Assembly: GCA_048940925.1 (NCBI GenBank)
Contig: JBHLOC010000030.1
Location: forward strand, 1-56,149
Reading direction: 5' to 3'
DNA from: Promethearchaeota archaeon
Lineage (GTDB): Archaea; Asgardarchaeota; Lokiarchaeia; Sigyniarchaeales; SOKP01
Length of the DNA: 56,149 nucleotides
Within the stretch, counting starts at the first letter, position 1. Each line of letters opens with the position of its first letter. The notes below the pieces were generated by a model. It saw only the letters and a list, made by a program, of their open reading frames with translations. It ran no database searches and was not told where the DNA came from. A program made the position numbers and the translations under genes. Shown here piece by piece: positions 9,517 to 18,915 of the stretch.

Positions 9517-10560
9517 TTAATAAAAACGAATTTGATTGATAAATACTAATAAAAATCCTAAAATAATTGTGATTATATAGAAATAAAAAGAATATAGATT
9601 CCATTTATAATGCCATGTTCTTTTTTTGAAGTCTCTCCTTCTTGATTTTTTAAATCCTGTAATAACACCAGGTATTAAAAGAACGATAGATATTAAAGCT
9701 GTGATGCCATGAACAGTATAAAATACTGCTCCTCTGTTTATGATTGTATAGGTAACCCAAAATAAGAAAGAACTTATGAACGTGAGAACATAGCAAATAG
9801 AAAAAGCAATGTGGAATTTTTTATTTACAAACTTAGGAAGATCGTGAAAAAATTCGGTAACTGGAGAGTCCTTTAATCCTGAAATTAGAGCAATCCCTCC
9901 AAAGAGAAAAGAACTTGCCAATAATAAGGTATGTATAACCCAATCTGAGGTAGCAGTATAAGAAGCATCGTCACTCCAACCCCGACTCTCCCAATAACCT
10001 AAATAATCATAATTTACAATTTCAATCCTCACAACCCATTTAACCCATTTGTATCCTAATTGGTTTGGAGCGACTACTCTAACTGGAAAACCTTGTTCAA
10101 CAGGAAGAGGTTCACCATTCATTTCATAAGCTAAAAGAACATTATCCATATTTGCTTCTTCAATTGTTAATGAAGAGGAATAATCATCTGCAGCATAAAA
10201 AACAACATCTACAGCCCCATTTTTAACTTGAGCTAAATCTAGTAAATTTTTAATGGGAACCCCTTTCCACTTAGCTGTACCAAATGGTCCGTCAACACAT
10301 TGTAGTGTCGCAAGTACTTCTTTTGAAGGTTGAGAAGTTAAGTTGGTATAAGTAAAAGTTAAGCTATTATTAACTAGTCCTTCAATTGATAATCTCCAAG
10401 TATTCGAATTTATTTCTGGAACTTCTCCTTTAGTTACTTCAAAAAAATCATCATTAGGAGTAACAATGCTTCTACTAACTATAATCCCCGTTAAGCCAAG
10501 TAGGGGGAGAGATAATAAAATAAGAATTCCAATATATTTTAAAAGTATGTTTTTGTTCAT
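9517..10560 (-). CDS. sulfite-oxidase-family (MsrP/YedY-like) molybdopterin protein with an N-terminal anchor and a C-terminal 4-TM His-containing domain
   Basis: WRLSIEGLV, LQCV (Mo-ligand Cys), AYEMNGEPL..QGFPVR, GYKWVKW, GYWESRGW. Confidence 0.85.
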   Translation of the reverse strand: MNKNILLKYIGILILLSLPLLGLTGIIVSRSIVTPNDDFFEVTKGEVPEINSNTWRLSIEGLVNNSLTFTYTNLTSQPSKEVLATLQCVDGPFGTAKWKGVPIKNLLDLAQVKNGAVDVVFYAADDYSSSLTIEEANMDNVLLAYEMNGEPLPVEQGFPVRVVAPNQLGYKWVKWVVRIEIVNYDYLGYWESRGWSDDASYTATSDWVIHTLLLASSFLFGGIALISGLKDSPVTEFFHDLPKFVNKKFHIAFSICYVLTFISSFLFWVTYTIINRGAVFYTVHGITALISIVLLIPGVITGFKKSRRRDFKKRTWHYKWNLYSFYFYIITIILGFLLVFINQIRFY

Positions 10561-10773
10561 AACACTTTTTATAATTTAAGAATAAGCTGAGAAAAATTTA
10601 CAATTAATTAAAATTTCCTCTTATTAAAATATCCTCGCATTAAATTAAATGATTTTAAAATATAATAATAGATTTTTGAAAAATTTAAAATGCTAATCCT
10701 CAATTGACTTGTTGAAACATCTGAGGCAAACATTCAATGAATTAGCTCAAGAAGAGTAATAATAATTTTAGAA

Positions 10774-11865
10774 TTATAATATTTTAACATCAGTTGCCTT
10801 GAAATTTAAATAAATTTGAGAATTAATTCCTAAACCTAAATTTTTCCGTGAGTGTTCAGTTATTGTTATTAAAAGCTTCTCAGATCCACAATTAACAACT
10901 AGATGGCAGATATTTCCTAGATTACGTATGTGTTCAATAATTCCATCGAATGTATTTCTATAGCTTGTGTTCTTAGAAGGTTTTTTAACAATTCCAATAC
11001 TTTCTGGACGAATACATACTTTTACTTCTCCTTCTGCAGGAGTTGATGCGGTTATTGTTAAATTGTTTACTTTTATGAGTGTTAATCCTGAAGATTTATC
11101 GATTTTTGCTACGCCAGAAAAAATATTTTCATAACCCACAAAAAGAGCTGTAAATTCATCTTTAGGTGAACTGAATATTTCAGTTGGTGTTCCAATCTGA
11201 GATATTTTTCCATTATTGAGTACAGCAATACGATCTGCATATTTTATCGCTTCCAGAGAATCGTGAGTGCTCATAATAATAGTTTTTTCTTTATTTTCTT
11301 TAATTTTCATTATAAAATTATCTAATAATTTAATATTCATTGGATCTAAATTAGCAGACACTTCATCTAATAAATAAACCTCAGGATTAATAACAAAATT
11401 CATTGCAATTGCCACTCGTTGCATTTCTCCCCCTGATAAGGTTTTTGCATTTTTATTATCTATATCTTCTAATCCAATAAATTTAATCATTTCTTTTACA
11501 GCTTTATTATATACCTTATACTTCGTTCCTCGGATCTTTGGACCGTACGCTATGTTATTGAATACAGATGTTTTCCTTACAACTGGTTTCTGTCTTACAA
11601 ATGAAAACTTTCTTCTGTATATTACTTTTCCTTTCCTTGAAATTTTGCTTAAATCTTTACTCTCATAAAATATTTGACCTTGAGTTGGTAAATCAAGTAA
11701 ACCTATTAATCTTAACAATGTAGTCTTACCACTTCCATTAGGACCAATTATAACAAAACATTCTCCTTTTTTAACCGAAAAATTGATATCGGACAGTGCT
11801 TTGATTGACGATTGGTCTCCCTTATAAAATTCTTTATCAAGATTTTTTACTTCAATTAATTTCAT
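10774..11865 (-). CDS. tupC: tungstate ABC transporter ATPase with C-terminal TOBE domain
   Basis: GPNGSGKT, LSGGEMQR, LLDE, H-loop; downstream of tupAB. Confidence 0.85.
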   Translation of the reverse strand: MKLIEVKNLDKEFYKGDQSSIKALSDINFSVKKGECFVIIGPNGSGKTTLLRLIGLLDLPTQGQIFYESKDLSKISRKGKVIYRRKFSFVRQKPVVRKTSVFNNIAYGPKIRGTKYKVYNKAVKEMIKFIGLEDIDNKNAKTLSGGEMQRVAIAMNFVINPEVYLLDEVSANLDPMNIKLLDNFIMKIKENKEKTIIMSTHDSLEAIKYADRIAVLNNGKISQIGTPTEIFSSPKDEFTALFVGYENIFSGVAKIDKSSGLTLIKVNNLTITASTPAEGEVKVCIRPESIGIVKKPSKNTSYRNTFDGIIEHIRNLGNICHLVVNCGSEKLLITITEHSRKNLGLGINSQIYLNFKATDVKIL

Positions 11866-11866
11866 A

Positions 11867-12562
11867 TCAATCTACTTTAGACTGTAAACGTGTCATTCCA
11901 TAATTTGCTAAGAAAGCAATTAATATAAGGATTAAACCTAAGGCGATTGCCATTCCAAATTCTCCCATTCTTGTTTGTAATACTATAGCGGTTGTGAAAG
12001 TCCGGGTTTCCCATCGAATGTTACCTCCAACTATCATTACTGCACCCACCTCTGAGATTGCTTGTCCAAATGCTACAAGAAATCCTGCAATTATTGATTT
12101 CTTCGAATCTTTAATTAATTCCCACCATAGTTGCCGTTCATTTGCTCCTAAAGAAAGAACTGTTTCTTTTAAATCAGGATCAACACTTTCAATAGCTGCT
12201 TTTGCAGTTCCAATAATAATAGGAAATGCTAAAAGAAATTGAGCTATAATCATAGCAGTCGTTGAATAGAGTAATCCAAAATCCCCAAATGGACCAGTTC
12301 GAGAAAGTAACAAATAAATAATTAGCCCCATAACTACAGGAGGGAATCCCATAAAAGTATTAATTAAATTAGTCAATTCTTTTTTTCCTTTGAATTCCCT
12401 CAAACCTATGAACGATCCAATCGGTAATGCGAATATGGCTGCTAGAAATGTTGCAGTTAAAGACACACGAAAAGAAACAGCAATAATACCCCAAACTTCA
12501 GGATCAAACATAAATATCAAACGTATTGCATCTAAAAATCCATCTATAATCTCATTTGACAT
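11867..12562 (-). CDS. tupB: tungstate ABC transporter permease
   Basis: MGFPPVVMGL, SEVGAVMIVGGNI, TRTFTTAI. Confidence 0.9.
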   Translation of the reverse strand: MSNEIIDGFLDAIRLIFMFDPEVWGIIAVSFRVSLTATFLAAIFALPIGSFIGLREFKGKKELTNLINTFMGFPPVVMGLIIYLLLSRTGPFGDFGLLYSTTAMIIAQFLLAFPIIIGTAKAAIESVDPDLKETVLSLGANERQLWWELIKDSKKSIIAGFLVAFGQAISEVGAVMIVGGNIRWETRTFTTAIVLQTRMGEFGMAIALGLILILIAFLANYGMTRLQSKVD

Positions 12563-12635
12563 ATTTTCGTCTCATACTTTATATTCTACTACAAAAAAAT
12601 AATATTTAAGAAAAAAAATTTTTGTAAAATTATAG

Positions 12636-13670
12636 TTAAACTGTTAAACTCGCAAATTCAGCTTGAAATGGAGTCCATATAGCAATTTCATCATCTGTAG
12701 TAATACAACTAGTTGTACTATTACATAATCCAAAATTGGCATGAAATAAAATAGCATTATTTTTTTTATATGCATTAATTAATGTTTGACCATAAGGGGA
12801 TGTTAAAAAGCCTATAAATCGACAGACAGAGAAATATTTCACATGTGGATATAATACAGGATTAACAGGGATAACACCATATGGATTAAGCAATAAATCC
12901 TCACCAACAATAGATTCTGCTAAAATTTTAAGAGAGGTATAGGTATCATTGAATGAGAGCCATGTACCTCTATCAACTATAGTATATCCCTCATGAGCAG
13001 GATTATCATCTTCCCAAGTCATCAATAATGTTGCAGCCATTCCCTGCCCCGTTTCTGTGTATTTATTGGGTTGATCTTCCCATCTTGTAGCTGCCACAAC
13101 CCCGATTCTCGCCCATAATTCCATTTCTTTTGAATGTGTCCCAGAATTATCCCCTCTGGAATAAAATGTTATATTTCCTGCATCAATTGCATCTCTTAAT
13201 TTCGTCATAACTGTTGTGATATTATCCCCCACTTGTAAATTAGCAGGATTAGATTCATGCCCGACTATAATAAAATCATTAAACATAACACATGCCCGAT
13301 AAATCCCATATGGAATACCATCAACTCCTAAACTAGCATTGACAAAATCATCTTCCCTAGATCTCGAGTGAACTAGAATTATATCAGCATTTCCATCTTT
13401 CCCATATTGTATTGCTGTACCTGTTCCTACAGATAACACTTTAATTTGGATTCCCGTCACCTCAGTGAATTTTGGAAGCAAATAATCTAATAAACCTGAG
13501 TCATAGGTCGAAGTGGTTGTAGCTAAAGTAATTTTTTCCGGATTTTGAGCATTTAAATAATCCAAGGTAAAATATGTTGCTATAGATCCGCCAGCTATAA
13601 TTATAAGTATCAAAATAACTGCTATTTTATGCTCACTTATTAGTTGTTTTAATGGTTTTTTTGTTGACAA
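12636..13670 (-). CDS. tupA: tungstate-binding protein TupA (membrane-anchored)
   Basis: ATTTSTYDSGLL signature, SRGDNSGTH, TGQGM, DRGT. Confidence 0.92.
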   Translation of the reverse strand: MSTKKPLKQLISEHKIAVILILIIIAGGSIATYFTLDYLNAQNPEKITLATTTSTYDSGLLDYLLPKFTEVTGIQIKVLSVGTGTAIQYGKDGNADIILVHSRSREDDFVNASLGVDGIPYGIYRACVMFNDFIIVGHESNPANLQVGDNITTVMTKLRDAIDAGNITFYSRGDNSGTHSKEMELWARIGVVAATRWEDQPNKYTETGQGMAATLLMTWEDDNPAHEGYTIVDRGTWLSFNDTYTSLKILAESIVGEDLLLNPYGVIPVNPVLYPHVKYFSVCRFIGFLTSPYGQTLINAYKKNNAILFHANFGLCNSTTSCITTDDEIAIWTPFQAEFASLTV

Positions 13671-13724
13671 AATAAAAATTGTATTTTTTATTTGATTATA
13701 AATTTGAATTAATTATCTAATATA

Positions 13725-13752
13725 AGCGTTATTACCCATGATACATAACGAT
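13725..13752. promoter_or_regulatory. ModE-like operator palindrome upstream of tupA
   Basis: AGCGTTATTAC-N6-TACATAACGAT, about 55 bp upstream of the tupA start. Confidence 0.65.
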
Positions 13753-14033
13753 AAGTTTTACTATTTCATCTTCTAATTTCAAATTTTATTTTAGAAAGAG
13801 AATATAACAATTCGAAAATCCTATGCAACATCAATATCAAACAGATATTTGGATGAAAAAAAGAAAAATAGATATAATACTGTTTAAGGTCAAGCCATTC
13901 AATTTGTAATTCGTCAAGATTAAGTATTCACCTATCAACTAGCTTTTTTGTGGTGCGGACAGTCATAATTATATTAAAAAAAGAATTCCATCTAAACTCC
14001 TTTTTACATACCTCATAAAAAGGCAAGATATTA

Positions 14034-14585
14034 TCAATCTTTCATTAAAAATTCTTTTGGAATATCATGTCCTAATCCTGCTTCTTTGAATTTCTGACCA
14101 TTGTCAACATAAATATTATAGCCCCATTCTCCCATTCTTCTAGTAGGATATTCTTTTTTCTTAATGGCAGGAATACCCGCATAAAGACAATAATCTTCAG
14201 CTTTTCCTTTAATAACAGAACCTCCTGCTATAACAACACCTTTTCCTATATTTGAATTATGTAGAACTATCGCCCCCATTCCAATTAAAGTTGAATCTCC
14301 AATGGTTGAAGGACCATGGACTATACATAAATGTCCTAATGTAACATTTTTACCAATCTTACATTGTGCATTCACAGTAGAATGGATTACACAATTTTCT
14401 TGAACGCTGGTATTATCCCCTATGACAATTTTACCCCAATCACCTCGAATCTTTGCCCCAAACCATATATTCACATAAGCACCAATTTCTACGTCTCCTA
14501 TAATCACGGCATCCTTGGCAATAAAGGCAGTTGAATGAATTTTGGGAGATGTACCATTAAATGGAGATTTAATAATCATGGTCAT
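14034..14585 (-). CDS. gamma-class carbonic anhydrase family protein (left-handed beta-helix)
   Basis: IIGDVEIG, IRGD, SVQENCVIH, LGHLCIVHG (metal-binding His residues). Confidence 0.9.
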   Translation of the reverse strand: MTMIIKSPFNGTSPKIHSTAFIAKDAVIIGDVEIGAYVNIWFGAKIRGDWGKIVIGDNTSVQENCVIHSTVNAQCKIGKNVTLGHLCIVHGPSTIGDSTLIGMGAIVLHNSNIGKGVVIAGGSVIKGKAEDYCLYAGIPAIKKKEYPTRRMGEWGYNIYVDNGQKFKEAGLGHDIPKEFLMKD

Positions 14586-14729
14586 AATTCGAAATTTAGA
14601 TGAAAATAAGTTGATTTGTAAAGATTCAAAAATTATTTAAGATTTTTGGATAAAAGTAGTACTTCTTATCAGACTTATTTTGATTTTACCTATGTATTCT
14701 TTTAACCTATTAAGTAAAAATGAATTTTA

Positions 14730-14906
14730 TTAATCCATAAGAAGTACTACTGAGACTATAATAGAACCCATCATTATAAAAAATAATAAGAAACTAAGGA
14801 AAAAACAAAAGACATTTTGAGTAAAATGACAATTCATAGATACAAGAATAAATGAGATTGTAGAGAGGATAAATATAAGATAAGATATAGTAGTTTTATG
14901 CTTCAT
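14730..14906 (-). CDS. small 58-aa two-helix membrane protein (absent from the ORF track)
   Basis: Manual translation: MKHKTTISYLIFILSTISFILVSMNCHFTQNVFCFFLSFLLFFIMMGSIIVSVVLLMD*. Confidence 0.45.
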   Translation of the reverse strand: MKHKTTISYLIFILSTISFILVSMNCHFTQNVFCFFLSFLLFFIMMGSIIVSVVLLMD

Positions 14907-15207
14907 TGGTTTATATAACCCTACACTCTATTAAGTTCTTTTTATTGTAAAAATTATAATAATTTTAATTAAATTTTAAAATTCTTTTTTTTCACTATAT
15001 GTGTTAATAAATGTTTCTCCCTCAAGAAATTCCTCATAAAGTTGCCATGATTATTCAGAAATGGCAACCGCCTTAATTTTTATTTACTTCTAATTAAAAC
15101 ATTTAAATTTCAACTTATAAAAAACTTTCCTAAAAAAATTTAAGTGTAATCAGAAATTTACTTGTGTTACCGGGAATTTAAAGAAGATGATGTAAAACCT
15201 CAAATAC

Positions 15208-15678
15208 ATGTGGGATCATTTTAAAGAAAAAATTAGTATTAGAAATAACTATCGTAAAGTTAATGAGTATATATCTGTCCAAAGATATGAAAGTGAATCA
15301 AAAATAATTATTTATGTAAAAAATGAACCATTAATCACGATCCCTAGTCAAAGATTTCCATCATTAGAGTATATCCTACGAGGAATAAATGAAAACTTAG
15401 TTCGGCATAAAAATCCCCTAAAAAATAACAAAACAGAAAAATTATTCGAAAAACTTTTGTTAAGTTTAGAAAATTGGTCGAAAAACGACTATGATATTCA
15501 TTTACTCCATTATGAAATTGCCTTTCCCTTATTAAAAAAACTAAAAGAAATAGGAAGCACTAAATTTCAAATAATCTTTCAACAAGAAATATTGAAGATG
15601 TATTCTATAGATTCCTCAGAAATTAAAGACTATTTAAGACAGGAGGGATATTTGAATCTTATTGGAGATTTTTTTTGA
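15208..15678 (+). CDS. hypothetical protein resembling the N-terminal domain of lokiarchaeal leucine-rich-repeat proteins, without the LRRs
   Basis: KVNEYIS...IYV and W..NDYD..LLH..IAFPLLKKL...YL..EGYL patterns recalled from Loki LRR proteins; not database-verified. Confidence 0.6.
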   Translation: MWDHFKEKISIRNNYRKVNEYISVQRYESESKIIIYVKNEPLITIPSQRFPSLEYILRGINENLVRHKNPLKNNKTEKLFEKLLLSLENWSKNDYDIHLLHYEIAFPLLKKLKEIGSTKFQIIFQQEILKMYSIDSSEIKDYLRQEGYLNLIGDFF

Positions 15679-15805
15679 GAAAATCATTCTACTAATTACT
15701 ATTGATTAAATAATTTACATTCACTGAATAACAAGTAAAAATTGATAACTAAAAACCTTGGTTGTTAAAAAATAGAAAAAGTAATTAAAAATAATAAAAA
15801 TAAGC

Positions 15806-16534
15806 TCAAGGAAGAGTTACAGTATTAGTATTTTCATCGAGATTAAGAATTCCCTTAAGAGCAAGTTGTTTTATAGTTCTAACAGCCATTATTGGAGGAA
15901 CATCTAAGAGCTTTTTCAACTCATCTAATTTTGCTGAACCTTTTTCCATTATTGTCGCTAAAATCGAAGTTTCTATTAATTCTTCATCAGAATTTTCAAT
16001 TAAGAATGATGTAAAAAAATTTGCGTCTCTCAATTGATTAATTTTAGCTTCTAATTCATCCATCTTCTTTTTGTAAGTAATTTTTAAATCTGTTTCTCGG
16101 TTTTCATTCTCAACTGCTTTTTGATCCAAATCAGTTTTCTCCTCTTCTTTTGTAGTAATTCTTTCATTTACAGCATTAAGTTTTTCCTCAAGCTGAGTAT
16201 GTTCAAATGCAGGTTTTTTTAAATCATTAATACTTGTCTCTAATGTATTTGTCAATTCTGCAATCTTTGAATTTAACTCATCTTTTTTTGTATGTAATCC
16301 TTCGATTGCTTTATCTAATTCTTCTGATTTCGTCCTTAATTCTGTTAATTCCGAATTTTGAGCAGATAATTTCTCTTTAATACTTTCCTCTTCTTTTTGT
16401 TCAGCTTGCATATAACGCCATGCTTCTTTTAATTGAGAAAGTACTTCTTCATTATGTTTTTGCAAAACTTGCCAGTATGTATCATAAGATGTCTCAAATT
16501 GTTCAATTAAAGCCAAAATTTCTTGTGAACCCAT
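15806..16534 (-). CDS. coiled-coil protein with a C-terminal winged-helix-like domain
   Basis: About 150 aa of heptad repeats, then KLDELKKLLDVPPIMAVRTIKQLALKGILNLDENTNTVTL. Confidence 0.75.
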   Translation of the reverse strand: MGSQEILALIEQFETSYDTYWQVLQKHNEEVLSQLKEAWRYMQAEQKEEESIKEKLSAQNSELTELRTKSEELDKAIEGLHTKKDELNSKIAELTNTLETSINDLKKPAFEHTQLEEKLNAVNERITTKEEEKTDLDQKAVENENRETDLKITYKKKMDELEAKINQLRDANFFTSFLIENSDEELIETSILATIMEKGSAKLDELKKLLDVPPIMAVRTIKQLALKGILNLDENTNTVTLP

Positions 16535-17280
16535 TAAAAATCAACCTCCCCTTTTAGTGTTACTGTTCCCGCGACCTCATCATATTCAATTGGACCATTT
16601 TTATGAACCATTTTTGTTAATATGCTTTTTGCTATATCTTCCCTTAAATCCATTGCTTGAGCGATGCTCTTTAGTTCAAGCGTAGTGTTAGGCTGCAATG
16701 CTTTAATTAATTTTAATTGAGCAGACTGTATATAGCCCGCTTTTATCAAAGATTTCATAGCTGCTGTTCGCATGGCATATGAATTACTATACTCTTCTTT
16801 TTTATTATATTCTCCTTGAAGTTGAGTTTCAAGTTCTTTCATTTTATTATCAAATTTTTCTTGATTATCTTTAAGTTCTAAAAGTCGGTTTTCTAATTCT
16901 TGTAATCGAGTGTTCCGAGTCGCTAACTCCTCTTTTCGTGCTGCTATTTTAGCTTGAGTTTCATTTAATTCATTTTGAGCATCTTGAATTTTATCAAGAA
17001 GAATTTGGCGCTGATTTGTTAACTCTGAATTACCTTCTTCTAATGAGGTAATATCACGTTGATTCTGAGAAATCTTATTTTTCAATGAATTAATTTCATC
17101 ATTATTAGATTCAATATTGTTAAGATCATTGGTCTTTGCTCCTTCAAATTTTCCAATTTCTTCGAGTAAATTAGTTGGCTGAGTCGCTAATCTAGGAATT
17201 GAATCAGAATTTAATCCTTTTAACTCATCAATAATAGATAATATTTTTTTGAGTGCACTTTTTGTATCAGTAATACTCAA
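16534..17280 (-). CDS. coiled-coil protein with a C-terminal winged-helix-like domain
   Basis: Long heptad region, then LKSIAQAMDLREDIAKSILTKM...IEYDEVAGTVTL; 1-nt stop/start overlap with the next gene. Confidence 0.75.
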   Translation of the reverse strand: MSITDTKSALKKILSIIDELKGLNSDSIPRLATQPTNLLEEIGKFEGAKTNDLNNIESNNDEINSLKNKISQNQRDITSLEEGNSELTNQRQILLDKIQDAQNELNETQAKIAARKEELATRNTRLQELENRLLELKDNQEKFDNKMKELETQLQGEYNKKEEYSNSYAMRTAAMKSLIKAGYIQSAQLKLIKALQPNTTLELKSIAQAMDLREDIAKSILTKMVHKNGPIEYDEVAGTVTLKGEVDF

Positions 17281-17364
17281 TCTAATTTCACCTTTGATTA
17301 AGTTTTATAAAATAATAAAAGAATTTATACTTAAATTTTGATTTTTAAGAATTTGAATATAAGA

Positions 17365-18195
17365 TTAAATCTCTTTAGAAATATCCTCAATAAATTTTGC
17401 TTTACTTATCACTCCATAGGGAAGATTTCTTCTTTCAATAACTATGTTTAGATCTTCTATTATTTTTTCTGCTAAATAATTAAAATCAAATTGAAAGGAT
17501 GAGCTTGTTTGATAATATTTCCTTAAAAAAATATTAATTAAATCAGTTTTATGAGTCGGTTCGTCCATTTCAAATATTCCTGGTTTTGTATCAAGAAGAG
17601 AACAACAGATCCATGCCAAATCATCAATGTGGCTTCCCTCATAAGCATCTTCAAAATCAACGCCATATAGGATATCACCTGAAAAATCCATAATAAAATC
17701 TCGCAAACGAGTATCTCCTTTATTTAAAACGAAAATCTCTGTGAATTCTTTTTTTCTAACAATATTTTTTTCATGTAACTGAACTAACCATTTTGCAAGC
17801 GATTCAATAGCTTGAATCATTTTAGTTTTCAATTCTGAATCAAGATCGTCTAGTTTTTCAATTTCTTGTAAATTATCATTGATAAAATCGCATAAATTCA
17901 CACCATTAACTTTTTCCAGTACCAAGTATGGATTTTTTAAAAGTAGTATGTGTGGTACATGAAAATTTTGATTTTTTAGCCTAGTAAGAATATTATATTC
18001 ATTAGCAATGTTAGATGTATTGAAAATTTTCACTATTGACTCTTTAGGAAAGTTAGGAGGTTTTTTATCGAAGACTAGATTAAAAACAGCATTTTTCTTA
18101 CTAGGTAATTGAATAATATTATAATTATAACTATTGTCCCTTAGTTCAGGGATATTCTCTTTTAACTCCGCTATTGCTTTATTTACTAATTTCAT
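17365..18195 (-). CDS. protein-kinase-like (APH/RIO/Bud32-type) phosphotransferase
   Basis: IVK, NEY, LVLEKVNG hinge, KGDTRLRDF catalytic loop, VDFED, DDLA. Confidence 0.75.
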   Translation of the reverse strand: MKLVNKAIAELKENIPELRDNSYNYNIIQLPSKKNAVFNLVFDKKPPNFPKESIVKIFNTSNIANEYNILTRLKNQNFHVPHILLLKNPYLVLEKVNGVNLCDFINDNLQEIEKLDDLDSELKTKMIQAIESLAKWLVQLHEKNIVRKKEFTEIFVLNKGDTRLRDFIMDFSGDILYGVDFEDAYEGSHIDDLAWICCSLLDTKPGIFEMDEPTHKTDLINIFLRKYYQTSSSFQFDFNYLAEKIIEDLNIVIERRNLPYGVISKAKFIEDISKEI

Positions 18196-18251
18196 TTGGG
18201 TTTAATTATGTAATTTCTCTTAATTTGATATCGTAATTCAAATACTTAACT

Positions 18252-18809
18252 TTACTGGTTTTTTTCTATTAAATTTAAAATTATATTTCTTAATTTTGAA
18301 AATTCTGGAATAACTATGATTCCCTCCATTTGTTTCAATCTTCTTATATTTTCAATTTCAATATCCCTAATCTTGAGAACTAAAGAAGAACCATCTGGTC
18401 TTGATGTAACTATTGGCTCTAGATCTTGGTCTGAAGGAAAAATGTGAACAATCATACCTCCCTTAATTGCTTGAGCTACACAATTAGTGATTAAAGTATC
18501 CGCTATTCCATATACGATTTTTGCAACAGAGTTAGCTGAAACAGGACAGACTAAAAACATATCGTAATGTCCAAGTTGTAAAGGTCCAGCATAAAAGGGA
18601 ATATTCGGAGTTTTCTCTACTTTTACTTTTTTAACAATATCCGTTAATAGAACCCATTTCTTATACCATTTAACAACTGCAGCCCCCTCTTTAGATAATA
18701 TTACAGTTATATTAACGTTGTAATTATTTTGTAATTCTTCCATCAAATCAATAGACTCCTGTATCATATATCCTGTTCCTGTCATGCCCCACATTAGATT
18801 AAAAGCCAT
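18252..18809 (-). CDS. archaeoflavoprotein (AfpA-like, HFCD flavoprotein fold)
   Basis: WGMTGTG, CPVSANSVAKIVYGIADTLITN. Confidence 0.8.
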   Translation of the reverse strand: MAFNLMWGMTGTGYMIQESIDLMEELQNNYNVNITVILSKEGAAVVKWYKKWVLLTDIVKKVKVEKTPNIPFYAGPLQLGHYDMFLVCPVSANSVAKIVYGIADTLITNCVAQAIKGGMIVHIFPSDQDLEPIVTSRPDGSSLVLKIRDIEIENIRRLKQMEGIIVIPEFSKLRNIILNLIEKNQ

Positions 18810-18915
18810 AATTACTCACTTCATATTAATTTTTCTTTCAATAAGTAGAATTAATAATTTAAGCATAATAAATATTTAATGAGTATATTCTAAAAACATT
18901 GGCTATAGATTTAAT

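Noticed and set aside
13795-14030. Short ORFs between tupA and the gamma-CA gene
   Set aside because: All are short, interrupted by stops and without recognisable similarity.
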